IMG/VR virus record: IMGVR_UViG_3300036546_000109
Span: 1-64,000 of that record
DNA length: 64,000 nt
Source: a virus
Taxonomy: Duplodnaviria; Caudoviricetes
Direction: 5' to 3' (one strand)
Part shown: one piece after another, positions 48,317 to 57,640 of the stretch
Layout of the letters: each line of letters opens with the position of its first letter
Numbering within the stretch: the first letter of the stretch is position 1
The notes under the pieces: model-generated
Seen by the model: the letters and a program-made list of their open reading frames with translations, nothing else
Databases searched by the model: none
Told to the model about the DNA's origin: nothing
Program-made: the position numbers and the translations under genes

Positions 48317-48499
48317 ATGAACACTTTAGTTTTACATAGACCAGTAGCAGGGGATTGGACTGTAGCCTACCTGAATGACAAACTCATTTATGAGGGACAC
48401 AGTGGTTTGAATGACCTTTCTTGGGAAGTATTGTGTTCACTTGGGGTGGAAGTTAAGACAGTAGAATATTCTGATGAAGAGTTTCAGGAGAAGTTCTAA
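48317..48499 (+). CDS. hypothetical protein
   Basis: GGAGG RBS. Confidence 0.6.
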   Translation: MNTLVLHRPVAGDWTVAYLNDKLIYEGHSGLNDLSWEVLCSLGVEVKTVEYSDEEFQEKF

Positions 48500-48697
48500 A
48501 TGAAAGAAGACATTTATTATACAAATCTAATGATAAAGCTTGAGAAGCTTGAAGATAAGATTGAACGTCTTGAAAAGATTCTTCTTTCTCATCCTATTGA
48601 GCTGAAGACAAACTTCACCATTGAGAAGCCAATTACACCAGAAGACTTTAGCAGCTTTCTGGAATTTGGAGAAAACTTCCGCACTAACGCTAATTAA
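48500..48697 (+). CDS. hypothetical protein
   Basis: Abuts the upstream stop. Confidence 0.55.
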   Translation: MKEDIYYTNLMIKLEKLEDKIERLEKILLSHPIELKTNFTIEKPITPEDFSSFLEFGENFRTNAN

Positions 48698-48709
48698 GGA
48701 GATTAAATT

Positions 48710-49486
48710 TTGCGACACCTATTTCTACCAGACGTACAGGCAAAAGAGGGAGTTCCACTGCAACATCTTGAAGCAGCAGGAAACTATATCGTAAAGAAGC
48801 AACCAGAAGTGATTGTGTGTATTGGTGATTTTGCTGATATGCCGAGCTTGAGTTCTTACGATGTAGGTAAGAAAAGCTTTGAAGGGCGTATGTACACCAA
48901 GGATGTTGAAGCTTCTCGTAAAGCTATGGACATTCTTCTTGGCCCCCTGAAGCAATACAATATGCAGCAGGCTCTTAACCGCAAGAAGCAATATAAACCT
49001 CGTATGGTTATGTGCTACGGTAATCACTGCCAAGGTCGTATTGAGCGTGCTATTGAGAATGACCGTAAGCTTGAAGGTTTGATTTCAGTAAACGATCTTG
49101 GTTTTGCTGAGGCGGGATGGGAATGTCACAACTTTCTAGACATTGTGAATATTGATGGAATTCGTTACAGCCATTACTTCGTAAACCCAAATAGCTTGTT
49201 GAAGAATTGTGTTGGTGGTAACATTGATGCAAAGCTCAAGAATCTTGGTTGGTCATTCAGCATGGGTCACCAACAAACTTTGCAATACGGTGTACAATAC
49301 CTTCCAGACGGTGAATGTCGTCAAGGTCTTGTTGCAGGAGCTTTCTATCTTCACGACGAGAGCTATATGGGTGGTCAAGGTAATAAGAGTCATTGGCGCG
49401 GTATTGTGATGAAGAACCAAGTTGAGAATGGTAGGTACGATCCTTGCTTTGTCTCTATGAAGTATCTTTTGGACAAATACCTGTAA
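48710..49486 (+). CDS. calcineurin-like metallophosphoesterase
   Basis: LPDVQ, IGDFADM, GNH, MGHQQ. Confidence 0.8.
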   Translation: MRHLFLPDVQAKEGVPLQHLEAAGNYIVKKQPEVIVCIGDFADMPSLSSYDVGKKSFEGRMYTKDVEASRKAMDILLGPLKQYNMQQALNRKKQYKPRMVMCYGNHCQGRIERAIENDRKLEGLISVNDLGFAEAGWECHNFLDIVNIDGIRYSHYFVNPNSLLKNCVGGNIDAKLKNLGWSFSMGHQQTLQYGVQYLPDGECRQGLVAGAFYLHDESYMGGQGNKSHWRGIVMKNQVENGRYDPCFVSMKYLLDKYL

Positions 49487-49490
49487 CCGC

Positions 49491-49521
49491 TTGACAGACA
49501 AAAGAAAAGATGAAACAATAC
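49491..49521 (+). promoter_or_regulatory. promoter, TGAAACAATAC class
   Basis: TTGACA-N17-AACAAT. Confidence 0.65.
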
Positions 49522-49581
49522 GCAGCATGGACGACAAGGAAGGGAAAGGATTCCCAAAGAGAAATTAGAGAGGAGAACGAA

Positions 49582-50013
49582 TTGAAACTGAAGGTAAAAC
49601 GTTTGTATCCAGAAGCTAAGCTTCCAACTTATGCAACTGAAGGAGCTGCTTGTTTTGACATCTCTACATATCTTAATGGGGATGTAGATCATGGTGAAGC
49701 ACATGTATTTTCTACAGGACTCGCATTTGAAATTCCAGAAGACCATGTTATGCTTGTCTTCAGTCGTAGTGGTCACGGGTTTAAGAATGATGTGCGGCTT
49801 TCCAACTGCGTTGCCGTGATCGACAGCGATTTTCGTGGAGAATTAATGATTAAATTAGCTTGTGATAAGCCGGGCTGGGGTCTTGAGGTTAATGCCGGGG
49901 AGAGGATTGCTCAGGCTATGGTTATCCCTGTCAAGCAAGTGCAGTTTGAAGAAGTAGATGAGCTTAAGTCTACGAAGCGTGGTGATAAAGGGTTGGGATC
50001 GACGGGACGTTAA
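49582..50013 (+). CDS. dut: trimeric dUTPase
   Basis: ACFD, SRSG, VIDSDFRGE, RIAQ, RGDKGLGSTG; TTG start after GAGGAG. Confidence 0.92.
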   Translation: MKLKVKRLYPEAKLPTYATEGAACFDISTYLNGDVDHGEAHVFSTGLAFEIPEDHVMLVFSRSGHGFKNDVRLSNCVAVIDSDFRGELMIKLACDKPGWGLEVNAGERIAQAMVIPVKQVQFEEVDELKSTKRGDKGLGSTGR

Positions 50014-50076
50014 ATGTCTAACATTCGTTACATCTAAGCAAGATTGTTATGTAGACGTAACAGAGGAGGAATGGAA

Positions 50077-50505
50077 ATGAAAGTTCGAGTGAAGGTTGCT
50101 AATTATGAGTATATGGGGTTGATGAAGGGTTCTGTACATGATGCTTTTGTGTACACAAACTCTTTGGGTAATGTGGAATATCACTTCACACTAAATGGCA
50201 GGAAGTGGGCATTGGCTGATGTGGATTGTGAAGAAGTGCCAGTACCAAACGAAAAGCTTCTTGATGTGATTAATACAGACTTGAAGCAAGACTCAGTTCT
50301 TGATATTCAGCACGGCGGCAGTCACTACAAAGACAAAAAGATTCAGCCAATTGAATACATCACGGCAAACAATCTTGATTTCTGCCAAGGAAACATTATT
50401 AAGTATGCGACACGTCACAAGGACAAGAACGGGGCTGAGGATATCCGTAAAGTTATCCACTACGCACAGTTTATTTTGAAGTTTCAATACGGGGAGGAGA
50501 TTTAG
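50077..50505 (+). CDS. DUF3310-family protein
   Basis: GGSHY..IQPIEYI..GNIIKY..R..KNG..DI.K..HY. Confidence 0.8.
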   Translation: MKVRVKVANYEYMGLMKGSVHDAFVYTNSLGNVEYHFTLNGRKWALADVDCEEVPVPNEKLLDVINTDLKQDSVLDIQHGGSHYKDKKIQPIEYITANNLDFCQGNIIKYATRHKDKNGAEDIRKVIHYAQFILKFQYGEEI

Positions 50506-51054
50506 GTGGCTAAGTTTGCAGATATGCGTGTCGATTACGTTTGTCACATGGGGTCTGACGTTAATGTGGTGAAATCGGTCAGTATTCGTGTTAAAGCTCC
50601 AATCTTCATGGCGCGTCAATTCGTAAAGCATCAGATTGGTTTAGTATGGAACGAAGAGAGTCGGCTGTACATTGACGATGAACCAGAATTCTATCTTCCA
50701 GAGAAGTGGCGCTATCGTCCAGAGAATGCCAAACAGGGCAGTAGTCACGAGTTTGAGTATGATCAAGATATCGTTTCCGAGGCGGCTGACATTACTCGTG
50801 CTGCACTGGCAACCTACGAATACCTGCTGGATCGTAAGGTTGCTCCAGAACAAGCTAGAATGGTCTTACCACAGAACACTATGACAAATTGGATGTGGAC
50901 TGGCTCTCTTGTTGCTTTCGCTCGTGTGTGTAAGCTTTGCCTTGACAACCATGCGCAAAAAGAAGCACAAGAACTTGCTCAAAAGATTCACGATGTTGTT
51001 GCTCCGCTGTACCCTGTGTCATGGGCTGCTCTGATGGGGCATATGAAAGTTTGA
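50506..51054 (+). pseudogene. thyX: ThyX flavin-dependent thymidylate synthase, internally deleted and probably inactive
   Basis: HMGSD, KAPIFMARQ, NEES, APEQARMVLP, WTGSL, HAQKE present; about 40-50 aa missing; SRLY and KLCLD replace SRRY and KLRLD. Confidence 0.7.
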
Positions 51055-51070
51055 TTGAGGAGTAAATAAA

Positions 51071-51268
51071 ATGATAGGCTTTCGAGAAGAGTTTCCTCTT
51101 GAGGATTGGATTGAGGAGCTTGCTGTTCTAATCAAGCACGTTGAAGGTATTAAAAAGAATGAGGCGTATCGTCGATTCATTGACAACGCCACGGAGTTCG
51201 TAGGCTACTATCAAGTTGGTATGAGCCCTCGCGCTGCATTGGATAAGTTGTGGGGAGGTAGTAAATGA
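51071..51268 (+). CDS. hypothetical protein
   Basis: GAGGAG RBS. Confidence 0.6.
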   Translation: MIGFREEFPLEDWIEELAVLIKHVEGIKKNEAYRRFIDNATEFVGYYQVGMSPRAALDKLWGGSK

Positions 51269-51615
51269 GTGGTGTACATTACGCAAAGAGTTTTTATGAT
51301 TTGATGCAGAACGAAGAGTTTAAGAGTTCTGTAGTGAATGAAGATAAAAAGAAAATGGAAGAGCTTTTGTTTTCTATTGGCTTCGACATTTCACAAGGGT
51401 ATGATCTTGTTTCTGTTTTACATCGTCCAGAGACGACTAAGCAACCTTGGATGGGGCTTAGGGTAGAAGGCTTTGAACGTACAGACAAAGCTTGGATTCG
51501 TAGTCCTTATGCAAGCCTTGAGGCGCACATTGCAGCTTGCCCAGATGCGAGTAAACGAGTACACTTGGCGATGCTCAACCCCCGTGGAGCGATTAGCTCT
51601 TGGGAAGATGACTGA
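51265..51615 (+). CDS. hypothetical protein
   Basis: GGAGG RBS, ATGA overlap. Confidence 0.65.
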   Translation: MSGVHYAKSFYDLMQNEEFKSSVVNEDKKKMEELLFSIGFDISQGYDLVSVLHRPETTKQPWMGLRVEGFERTDKAWIRSPYASLEAHIAACPDASKRVHLAMLNPRGAISSWEDD

Positions 51616-51641
51616 TAGAAAAGAATTTTGAGGAGAGGAAA

Positions 51642-53828
51642 TTGCTTAAGAATGTAATTAAGAACAACGGTGTTGTAGAAGAATTTAGTGCAGAGAAGCT
51701 TAATAAGTGGGCACAATATGCCACCAAGACAGGCGGTAACTGGTCTGAGATTGCAATGGAGACGTACAAGCGTCTCCCTGAGACAGCAAAGTCCTCTGAC
51801 ATTCACCAGATGATGATTAATGTTTGTCTGGACAAAGAAGATATTAACTACTCCCGTATTGCTGCACGTCTTGAACAAGCAAACCTGCGTAAGAACATGG
51901 AGCGTGTTCTTGGTGTCTCTGATCGGGACAGTTTTAAAGCAATCTTTGAAGCAATGATTCGTGGTGGTGTTTGGGATGAAAAGACTATGCCTGAATACAA
52001 CCCGGTATGGGAAAGTTGGTATGAGGAGATTTATCCAACTAAGCTTGAATACTGGCAAATTGTTCAGTGGGGCGATAAGTATGCTATTCGTAAGGATGAT
52101 GTACCTGTAGAAACTCCTCACATTGGTTGCATTGGCATTGGTCTTGGCTTGCATGGTGATACGCAAGAAGCTTTTGATCTTGCTAAAGCTTTGGTAGAAG
52201 GAAAAGTAAATCTTCCAACCCCTGCACTTAACGGTATTCGCACAGGAGATTTTGATACCATTAGTTGCTGCATTATCACCGGAGGGGATAGCGTAGACAG
52301 TATTGGTGTTGCCGAACACATTGCTTATAAGATGACGGCAAAGAAAGCAGGCATCGGTATTGAGTTTGATACGCGCTCGAAAGGGGCACCAGTTAAAGGT
52401 GGGGCTGTAAAGCATTTGGGTAAACACCCGATTTATTCTACCCTCGACAAAGCTGTAAAGATGTTTACTCAGATTAGCCGTGGCGGCAGTGCTACAGTTA
52501 CTTTTAAGTGTATTGATCCTGAAGTAGAAAGTATTGTTCTTTGGAAAACTCAGAGGGTAGATATCGAAACTCGTCTGGATAAGATGGACTACAGCTTTGC
52601 TTATAACGATGCTTTCTTGCAGGCTGTTATCAATAATGAAGACTGGTATCTGTTTGATTTGACTGAGGCACCAGAGATTCACGAAGCTTTCTATGTGCTG
52701 AAGGCGGATAAATATAACTCCGTAGTCAAAGGTTGTATTGAAAAGGGTAAGAAGTTTAAGAAACTAAAAGCCCGTGATCTACTAAAGAGTGTGTTGATTG
52801 CTCGTAATGAAACAGGGCGTATGTACTCCATTAACGTGACTCGTGTTAATGAGCATACGCCATTTATTGACGTTATCCGACTGTCAAATTTATGTCAGGA
52901 AATATGCCTCCCTACAAAAGCTTACAAGAATATGCAAGACTTGTATGCCGAAGAGTCAGAAGCTGAAACTGCTTTTTGTACACTTTCAGCAATTAATGTT
53001 GGTAAAGTAAGTTTTGAAGAGTATGAGTATGTGGCCGAAGTTGCTTTGCGTGCTGTAGACAAGATGATTGACAAAGCGCCAATGATGACAGCTTCAATGA
53101 AGAACAGCATCATGCGTCGTCGTAGTGCAGGGGTTGGTATTACGGGGTTGGCTGGAGCGCTGTATCGTGAAGGTCTTGATTATGATGGTAGCGAAGAGTC
53201 TTTTACCTTTGTGAGCAAAATTGCTGAAACCCATTACTTTTATCTTCTGAAAGCTTCTCAGAAATTGGCAGAAGAAAGTGGCTATGCTGTTGAGGGTATT
53301 AAGAAAGATTGGTTGCCTGTTGACACTCGCGTGAACAAAGGCTACACTCTGACGCTTGATTGGGAGTCGCTTCGTGGTAAGCCCCGTAAGCATTCTGTGC
53401 TAGCTGCACATATGCCTACAGAGTCAAGTGCTGTGTTCTGTGATGCAGATAACAGCTTGTACCCACCACGGCAGAAAGTGATTAACAAGAAATCTCGGAA
53501 AGGTATCATTCAGTATATCTCGAAAGATTGGACGCCGGGTAAGAAACTGGCTTGGGACGTGGACAACATTACTTTGTCCAAGTATTATTCCAGAGTACAG
53601 GATTTTACTGACCAAGCTATCAGTGCTGATTACTACTTTGATCCGAGTAAATATGAAGATGAGAAGAAGCCGCTAAGTGAGCTTATGAAGGAATGGGTAG
53701 CACAGGCTAAGGCCGGGAATAAGACCCAGTACTACATGAACACCCGCGACTACAACGGAGGTGGTGTTCAAGGTATCCTTGGTGCTACACAACCTGAAGA
53801 GGAAGCTTGCGAAAGCTGCAAACTTTAA
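51642..53828 (+). CDS. nrdA: class Ia ribonucleotide reductase alpha subunit
   Basis: N-terminal ATP cone, PTP, ISCC, SNLCQEI, HMPTESS, C-terminal CESC. Confidence 0.93.
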   Translation: MLKNVIKNNGVVEEFSAEKLNKWAQYATKTGGNWSEIAMETYKRLPETAKSSDIHQMMINVCLDKEDINYSRIAARLEQANLRKNMERVLGVSDRDSFKAIFEAMIRGGVWDEKTMPEYNPVWESWYEEIYPTKLEYWQIVQWGDKYAIRKDDVPVETPHIGCIGIGLGLHGDTQEAFDLAKALVEGKVNLPTPALNGIRTGDFDTISCCIITGGDSVDSIGVAEHIAYKMTAKKAGIGIEFDTRSKGAPVKGGAVKHLGKHPIYSTLDKAVKMFTQISRGGSATVTFKCIDPEVESIVLWKTQRVDIETRLDKMDYSFAYNDAFLQAVINNEDWYLFDLTEAPEIHEAFYVLKADKYNSVVKGCIEKGKKFKKLKARDLLKSVLIARNETGRMYSINVTRVNEHTPFIDVIRLSNLCQEICLPTKAYKNMQDLYAEESEAETAFCTLSAINVGKVSFEEYEYVAEVALRAVDKMIDKAPMMTASMKNSIMRRRSAGVGITGLAGALYREGLDYDGSEESFTFVSKIAETHYFYLLKASQKLAEESGYAVEGIKKDWLPVDTRVNKGYTLTLDWESLRGKPRKHSVLAAHMPTESSAVFCDADNSLYPPRQKVINKKSRKGIIQYISKDWTPGKKLAWDVDNITLSKYYSRVQDFTDQAISADYYFDPSKYEDEKKPLSELMKEWVAQAKAGNKTQYYMNTRDYNGGGVQGILGATQPEEEACESCKL

Positions 53829-53831
53829 GTA

Positions 53832-53862
53832 AGATAGGGGCTGAAATATGCCCCTTTATTTA
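53832..53862 (+). terminator. terminator-like hairpin
   Basis: AGGGGC-TGAAATAT-GCCCCT followed by TTATTT. Confidence 0.5.
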
Positions 53863-53872
53863 GGAGAGAAAA

Positions 53873-54946
53873 ATGTCTGTATTTAATGCAAATAACAAAG
53901 GTTATGAAAGTAACAAATACCCACTATTCCTTGGGGAAGATTTGGGATTGTTTGACACAGTAAATATTGCTTACCCCGAACTTGAAGACTTGTATCAAAA
54001 GCAGGTCAGCCAGATTTGGAACGAGAATGAAGTGTCTCTGACACAAGACAAACAGGATATGATGAATGCCCCTAAAGATGTTGTTGATCTTATGGTGAAA
54101 ACAATCTCATGGCAACATCTCGCAGACAGCGTGGCTTCTAAGTCTATTGCTGGTTTGCTTATGCGTTATGTTACTAACTCTGAACTTGAGGGATTGATTA
54201 ACGCTTGGTCTTTTTTTGAGACAATTCACGCCAGGACATACAGCCACATTGTAAAGCAGACGGTGGTTAATCCGAACCAAGTGCTACGTGACACGTACAA
54301 CAACATGGATATTGTCTCCCGTAGTGGTGCTATTGTTAAAGCTTTTGACCAACTTGAAGTCCTACCAGTGGATGCAACAATTGAGGAAAAACGCAAAGCT
54401 ATTGCTCTGGCATTCGCTGCACTGTTTGCCCTCGAAGCTATTGCATTTATGAGTAGCTTTGCTGTCACGTTTGCCATTGCAGAGACTGGAATCTTTCAGG
54501 GCATTGGTAGTTTGGTAACTCTGATTGCTCGTGATGAAGTGCTGCATACCCGAATGGACTACGCAATTCTTAATATCCTAAAGCAAAGTCCTGAGTGGGT
54601 GAACACTTTTAAAGAGCTGGCCCCAGACATTAAATCTGTTTTGGATGCTATCACAAACCAAGAGCTGAGTAATGCTGACTACTTGTTTAGTGAAGGTCGT
54701 CAAGTGATCGGTCTTACATCTGGGCTACTTAAAGAGTATACGCTTTACATGGCACGCCCTTTGTATGTTGCTCTGGGTATTCCCTTTGACTTTGAAGTGA
54801 TTGAAAAGAATCCTTGCAGTTACATGGATAAATACATCGACAGCTCCAAGATGCAAGTAGCTCCACAAGAGATTCAGATTACTTCTTACAAGATTGGGTC
54901 GGTGAAAGACGATACTGAGAATCTTGATTTGGATTTTGATTTTTAA
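53873..54946 (+). CDS. nrdB: class Ia ribonucleotide reductase beta subunit
   Basis: W...E, ETIHARTY, EAIAFMSSF, RDEVLH, APQE. Confidence 0.93.
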   Translation: MSVFNANNKGYESNKYPLFLGEDLGLFDTVNIAYPELEDLYQKQVSQIWNENEVSLTQDKQDMMNAPKDVVDLMVKTISWQHLADSVASKSIAGLLMRYVTNSELEGLINAWSFFETIHARTYSHIVKQTVVNPNQVLRDTYNNMDIVSRSGAIVKAFDQLEVLPVDATIEEKRKAIALAFAALFALEAIAFMSSFAVTFAIAETGIFQGIGSLVTLIARDEVLHTRMDYAILNILKQSPEWVNTFKELAPDIKSVLDAITNQELSNADYLFSEGRQVIGLTSGLLKEYTLYMARPLYVALGIPFDFEVIEKNPCSYMDKYIDSSKMQVAPQEIQITSYKIGSVKDDTENLDLDFDF

Positions 54947-54961
54947 TAAAAAGGAGAGAAG

Positions 54962-55246
54962 ATGTTTATTGTATACGGTGGGGAGAAGTGCAGCTATTGC
55001 ACTAAAGCTAAGATGCTGCTTGACATGCGAGAGAAAGATTATCAATACTACGATATCTACGATCAATGCAACGGAGCAGAAGAGGGATGTGAGACACCTC
55101 TCACATATCGTGACCAGCTATTCACTCTAATGCAAGATATGGGACTTCCTCTTCCACGCAGTATTCCTCAAATCTTTGTTGTAAATGGAAATGAGATGGA
55201 GTATATTGGCGGCTTTGATAATCTGAAAGAGTATTTGGGAGAGTAA
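54962..55246 (+). CDS. glutaredoxin
   Basis: CSYC, SIPQIF, YIGGFD; follows nrdB. Confidence 0.88.
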   Translation: MFIVYGGEKCSYCTKAKMLLDMREKDYQYYDIYDQCNGAEEGCETPLTYRDQLFTLMQDMGLPLPRSIPQIFVVNGNEMEYIGGFDNLKEYLGE

Positions 55247-55286
55247 GGTTCCGGTGTAACTCTTTTACCCGTTGCCATTATTTTTC

Positions 55287-55329
55287 ATATAAGCTACGCT
55301 TTGCACAAACAAAATATAAGCTTCGCTTT
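55287..55329 (+). repeat. 16-bp imperfect direct repeat ATATAAGCT(A/T)CGCTTT
   Basis: Copies at 55287-55302 and 55314-55329, upstream of an AT-rich tract. Confidence 0.75.
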
Positions 55330-55531
55330 TAAAAGCAGAGCACCAATACGGAGTATTGTGTGAGCGTAGCGAACATTCAGGAGAGAGAAGATAAATTGAA
55401 ATAAAACTAAGCTCTTATATTTTTACTTAATCATTTTTAATATATCATTTTTACTATTGTAACTATGGTTCCCAGTGGTAGGGGTATTTGGGTTACTCCG
55501 GCTGGAATTAAAGTTACATTGGGAGGATAAA

Positions 55532-55708
55532 ATGCAGAAAGTCCGAGTGACTTTGAGTGAGGAAGCTTCGATGAATCTGATTGCCACAATGCAGAGAATG
55601 GGTCATTCGTCCCCTACGCATACGGCAAACCTAATCATCACTAAATTTAGTAAACTACTATCCCCGAGCGAGGAAAGCAATGCACGAGACAAACAAAGAA
55701 ACAGTTGA
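55532..55708 (+). CDS. small ribbon-helix-helix-like DNA-binding protein
   Basis: KVRVTLSEE alternating strand then helices; GGAGG RBS. Confidence 0.5.
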   Translation: MQKVRVTLSEEASMNLIATMQRMGHSSPTHTANLIITKFSKLLSPSEESNARDKQRNS

Positions 55709-56180
55709 CAGTTATTTTCCGACATACCATAATGTTACGAAAGCAACACACCTTCTCAACTTAAACACGGGAGAATATGAGAAGTTCCCTGATGTGCAGA
55801 AGCTTGTCTTTCATTACATGCTTGATAGATGGAAGTTCTTCAAAGGACAGGGTAATGGCTATTTTGATAACCAAGAAGACATAGCAACTGCTTGTTGTGT
55901 CGTGCGTAAGACTGTCGGCAAAGCTATTAAGCTTCTTGCTGACTGCGGCTATTTGTCAGTGAAAGGTAAAATGTCATTCAACCATCGAAGTAATTCCTAC
56001 ATCTTTGACAGAGAATTAAATCTTGCTATTCTTGATAAAGAGGGTAAGATTATGGAGTCTTTCAGGACAAATATAGTTGGTTCTACAAAGCTTGACAAGA
56101 AAGTAGCTAAAAAGCCTGTCCCACAAAAGAGCTATATTCCATCTCCGAGTTGGGACGATGAAGAAGGATTACCATTTTAG
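55680..56180 (+). CDS. winged-HTH protein, Rep-initiator-like
   Basis: QEDIATAC.V.RKTVGKAIKLL.DCGYL helix-turn-helix; acidic tail ending GLPF. Confidence 0.6.
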   Translation: MHETNKETVDSYFPTYHNVTKATHLLNLNTGEYEKFPDVQKLVFHYMLDRWKFFKGQGNGYFDNQEDIATACCVVRKTVGKAIKLLADCGYLSVKGKMSFNHRSNSYIFDRELNLAILDKEGKIMESFRTNIVGSTKLDKKVAKKPVPQKSYIPSPSWDDEEGLPF

Positions 56181-56190
56181 GAGGTGTGTT

Positions 56191-56817
56191 GTGAAGAAAA
56201 AGAAATTGGTGTGTGGTGTCGGGATAAACGATGCAGATTATATTGTGATGATAAAGGAAACGATCGGATATGAGAATGGTAAACAAAAACAGAAGTTTGT
56301 GTGGATTTGCCCATTCTACTCCAGATGGCGGCTGATGATTCAGCGTTGCTATTCTGTTAAATATCAAGAGAAATTTCCTACCTATAAAGGGTGTTTCGTT
56401 TGTAAAGAGTGGCTAACCTTTAGTAAGTTTCGACAGTGGATGCAAAACCAAGATTGGGGAGGGAAGCAGCTTGATAAGGATATTCTTGTTCCTGGGAACA
56501 AAGTGTATAGTCCTGACACCTGTGTGTTTGTAGAAAAAAGAGTTAATGTGTTCCTGACTGAGAGTACCGCATCCCGTGGACAGCATCTCATTGGGGCGAG
56601 CTTGGATAAGACTCTCAATAAATTTCACGCATACTGCAACGACGGTTCTGGGAAAAAGAAACACCTCGGTCTGTTCGACACAGAACTAGAAGCCCACAAA
56701 GCATGGCTTGCTTTTAAACTTGAACAAGCTAAGATTCTGGCTGCTGAACAATCAGACCCTCGTGTTGCCAAAGCTTTGATTGAACGCTATGAAAACTACG
56801 TCATTGAAGAACACTAA
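56191..56817 (+). mobile_element. HNH-type homing endonuclease with AP2-like C-terminus
   Basis: GVGIND, W..MIQRC, W..FS.F..W, LDKDIL..NKVYSPDTCVFV, LG.F.T..EAH; start set at the GTG after AGGAGG. Confidence 0.78.
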
Positions 56818-56822
56818 ATCGC

Positions 56823-56872
56823 AGACAACAAAAACCCCGGAGAGCCAGTTAAGGTTCTACCGGGGCATATTT
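56823..56872. terminator. terminator between convergent operons
   Basis: CCCCGG..CCGGGG stem with an A-run on one side and an AT-rich run on the other. Confidence 0.6.
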
Positions 56873-56915
56873 ATTCTTATTGTAATCTAATAGTCGCTTC
56901 TAACAAAGACACTAG

Positions 56916-57338
56916 CTATGGCACATCTCTCTTTGTTTCACTTGTTGCCTCAGATTTCTTAACTTGAACATCAGTACCATTGATAGTGAGCGAGTTGTGC
57001 AGGCTGTTATTATTAATCAACCTCTGCTTAGGCTCTTTCTTAGACAACTGCTCTACTTTATTCTCCAGCAATGTGATCTTTCTGGATGTAGAGAATTGGT
57101 AGTCATTCTGAACTTTAGCAAGGGAGTTTATCTTTTGTTCTAAGAAGGTGGTGTTGTTTCCAATCACCTTCCTATTCTCATCCCTCACCATCTCTATCTG
57201 TTCAAGTAGATTATTGGCTGCTACGTTATCTTGTGTGCTGCCCCAAAGAATAATCAGTAAGGCGACAGCTAAGAGCAGAAAAACAAAATTTACAACATTC
57301 TGTAATAGCGTCCCCACAGGAATCCCCTTACACGCCAC
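56916..57338 (-). CDS. membrane-anchored coiled-coil protein
   Basis: N-terminal TM segment; lysis-cassette context. Confidence 0.6.
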   Translation of the reverse strand: MACKGIPVGTLLQNVVNFVFLLLAVALLIILWGSTQDNVAANNLLEQIEMVRDENRKVIGNNTTFLEQKINSLAKVQNDYQFSTSRKITLLENKVEQLSKKEPKQRLINNNSLHNSLTINGTDVQVKKSEATSETKRDVP

Positions 57339-57640
57339 TACGGCTTCTGCTTAAAGTAGACATCGAGTCTGGAGATGATGCTTGCTTGTAAAAGGTCTTG
57401 TCGGGCTAGGATATCGCTCTTTAGAGCATCCATTTTTGAATTAAGGCGCTCTTCCAATTCCTTCAGATCACCCCGATCAACTTTCACCTTGTCCATTGCA
57501 ATTACTTTGGCTTCAAGGTTTTCAACCCTTTGACCTTGTTCCTTGAATGCCCACACTGTAAGAGACATGACAATAGCCAATAGTCCAATTGCAGCCCTCT
57601 CCCAATATGAATTAATTCTACTTTCAGCACTATGGGACAT
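57338..57640 (-). CDS. membrane-anchored coiled-coil protein, lysis region
   Basis: Single TM segment plus coiled coil. Confidence 0.65.
   Translation of the reverse strand: MSHSAESRINSYWERAAIGLLAIVMSLTVWAFKEQGQRVENLEAKVIAMDKVKVDRGDLKELEERLNSKMDALKSDILARQDLLQASIISRLDVYFKQKP

Noticed and set aside
51507-52682. 391-aa minus-strand ORF
   Set aside because: Antisense shadow of nrdA; no RBS or recognisable motifs; such shadows are expected from codon bias.
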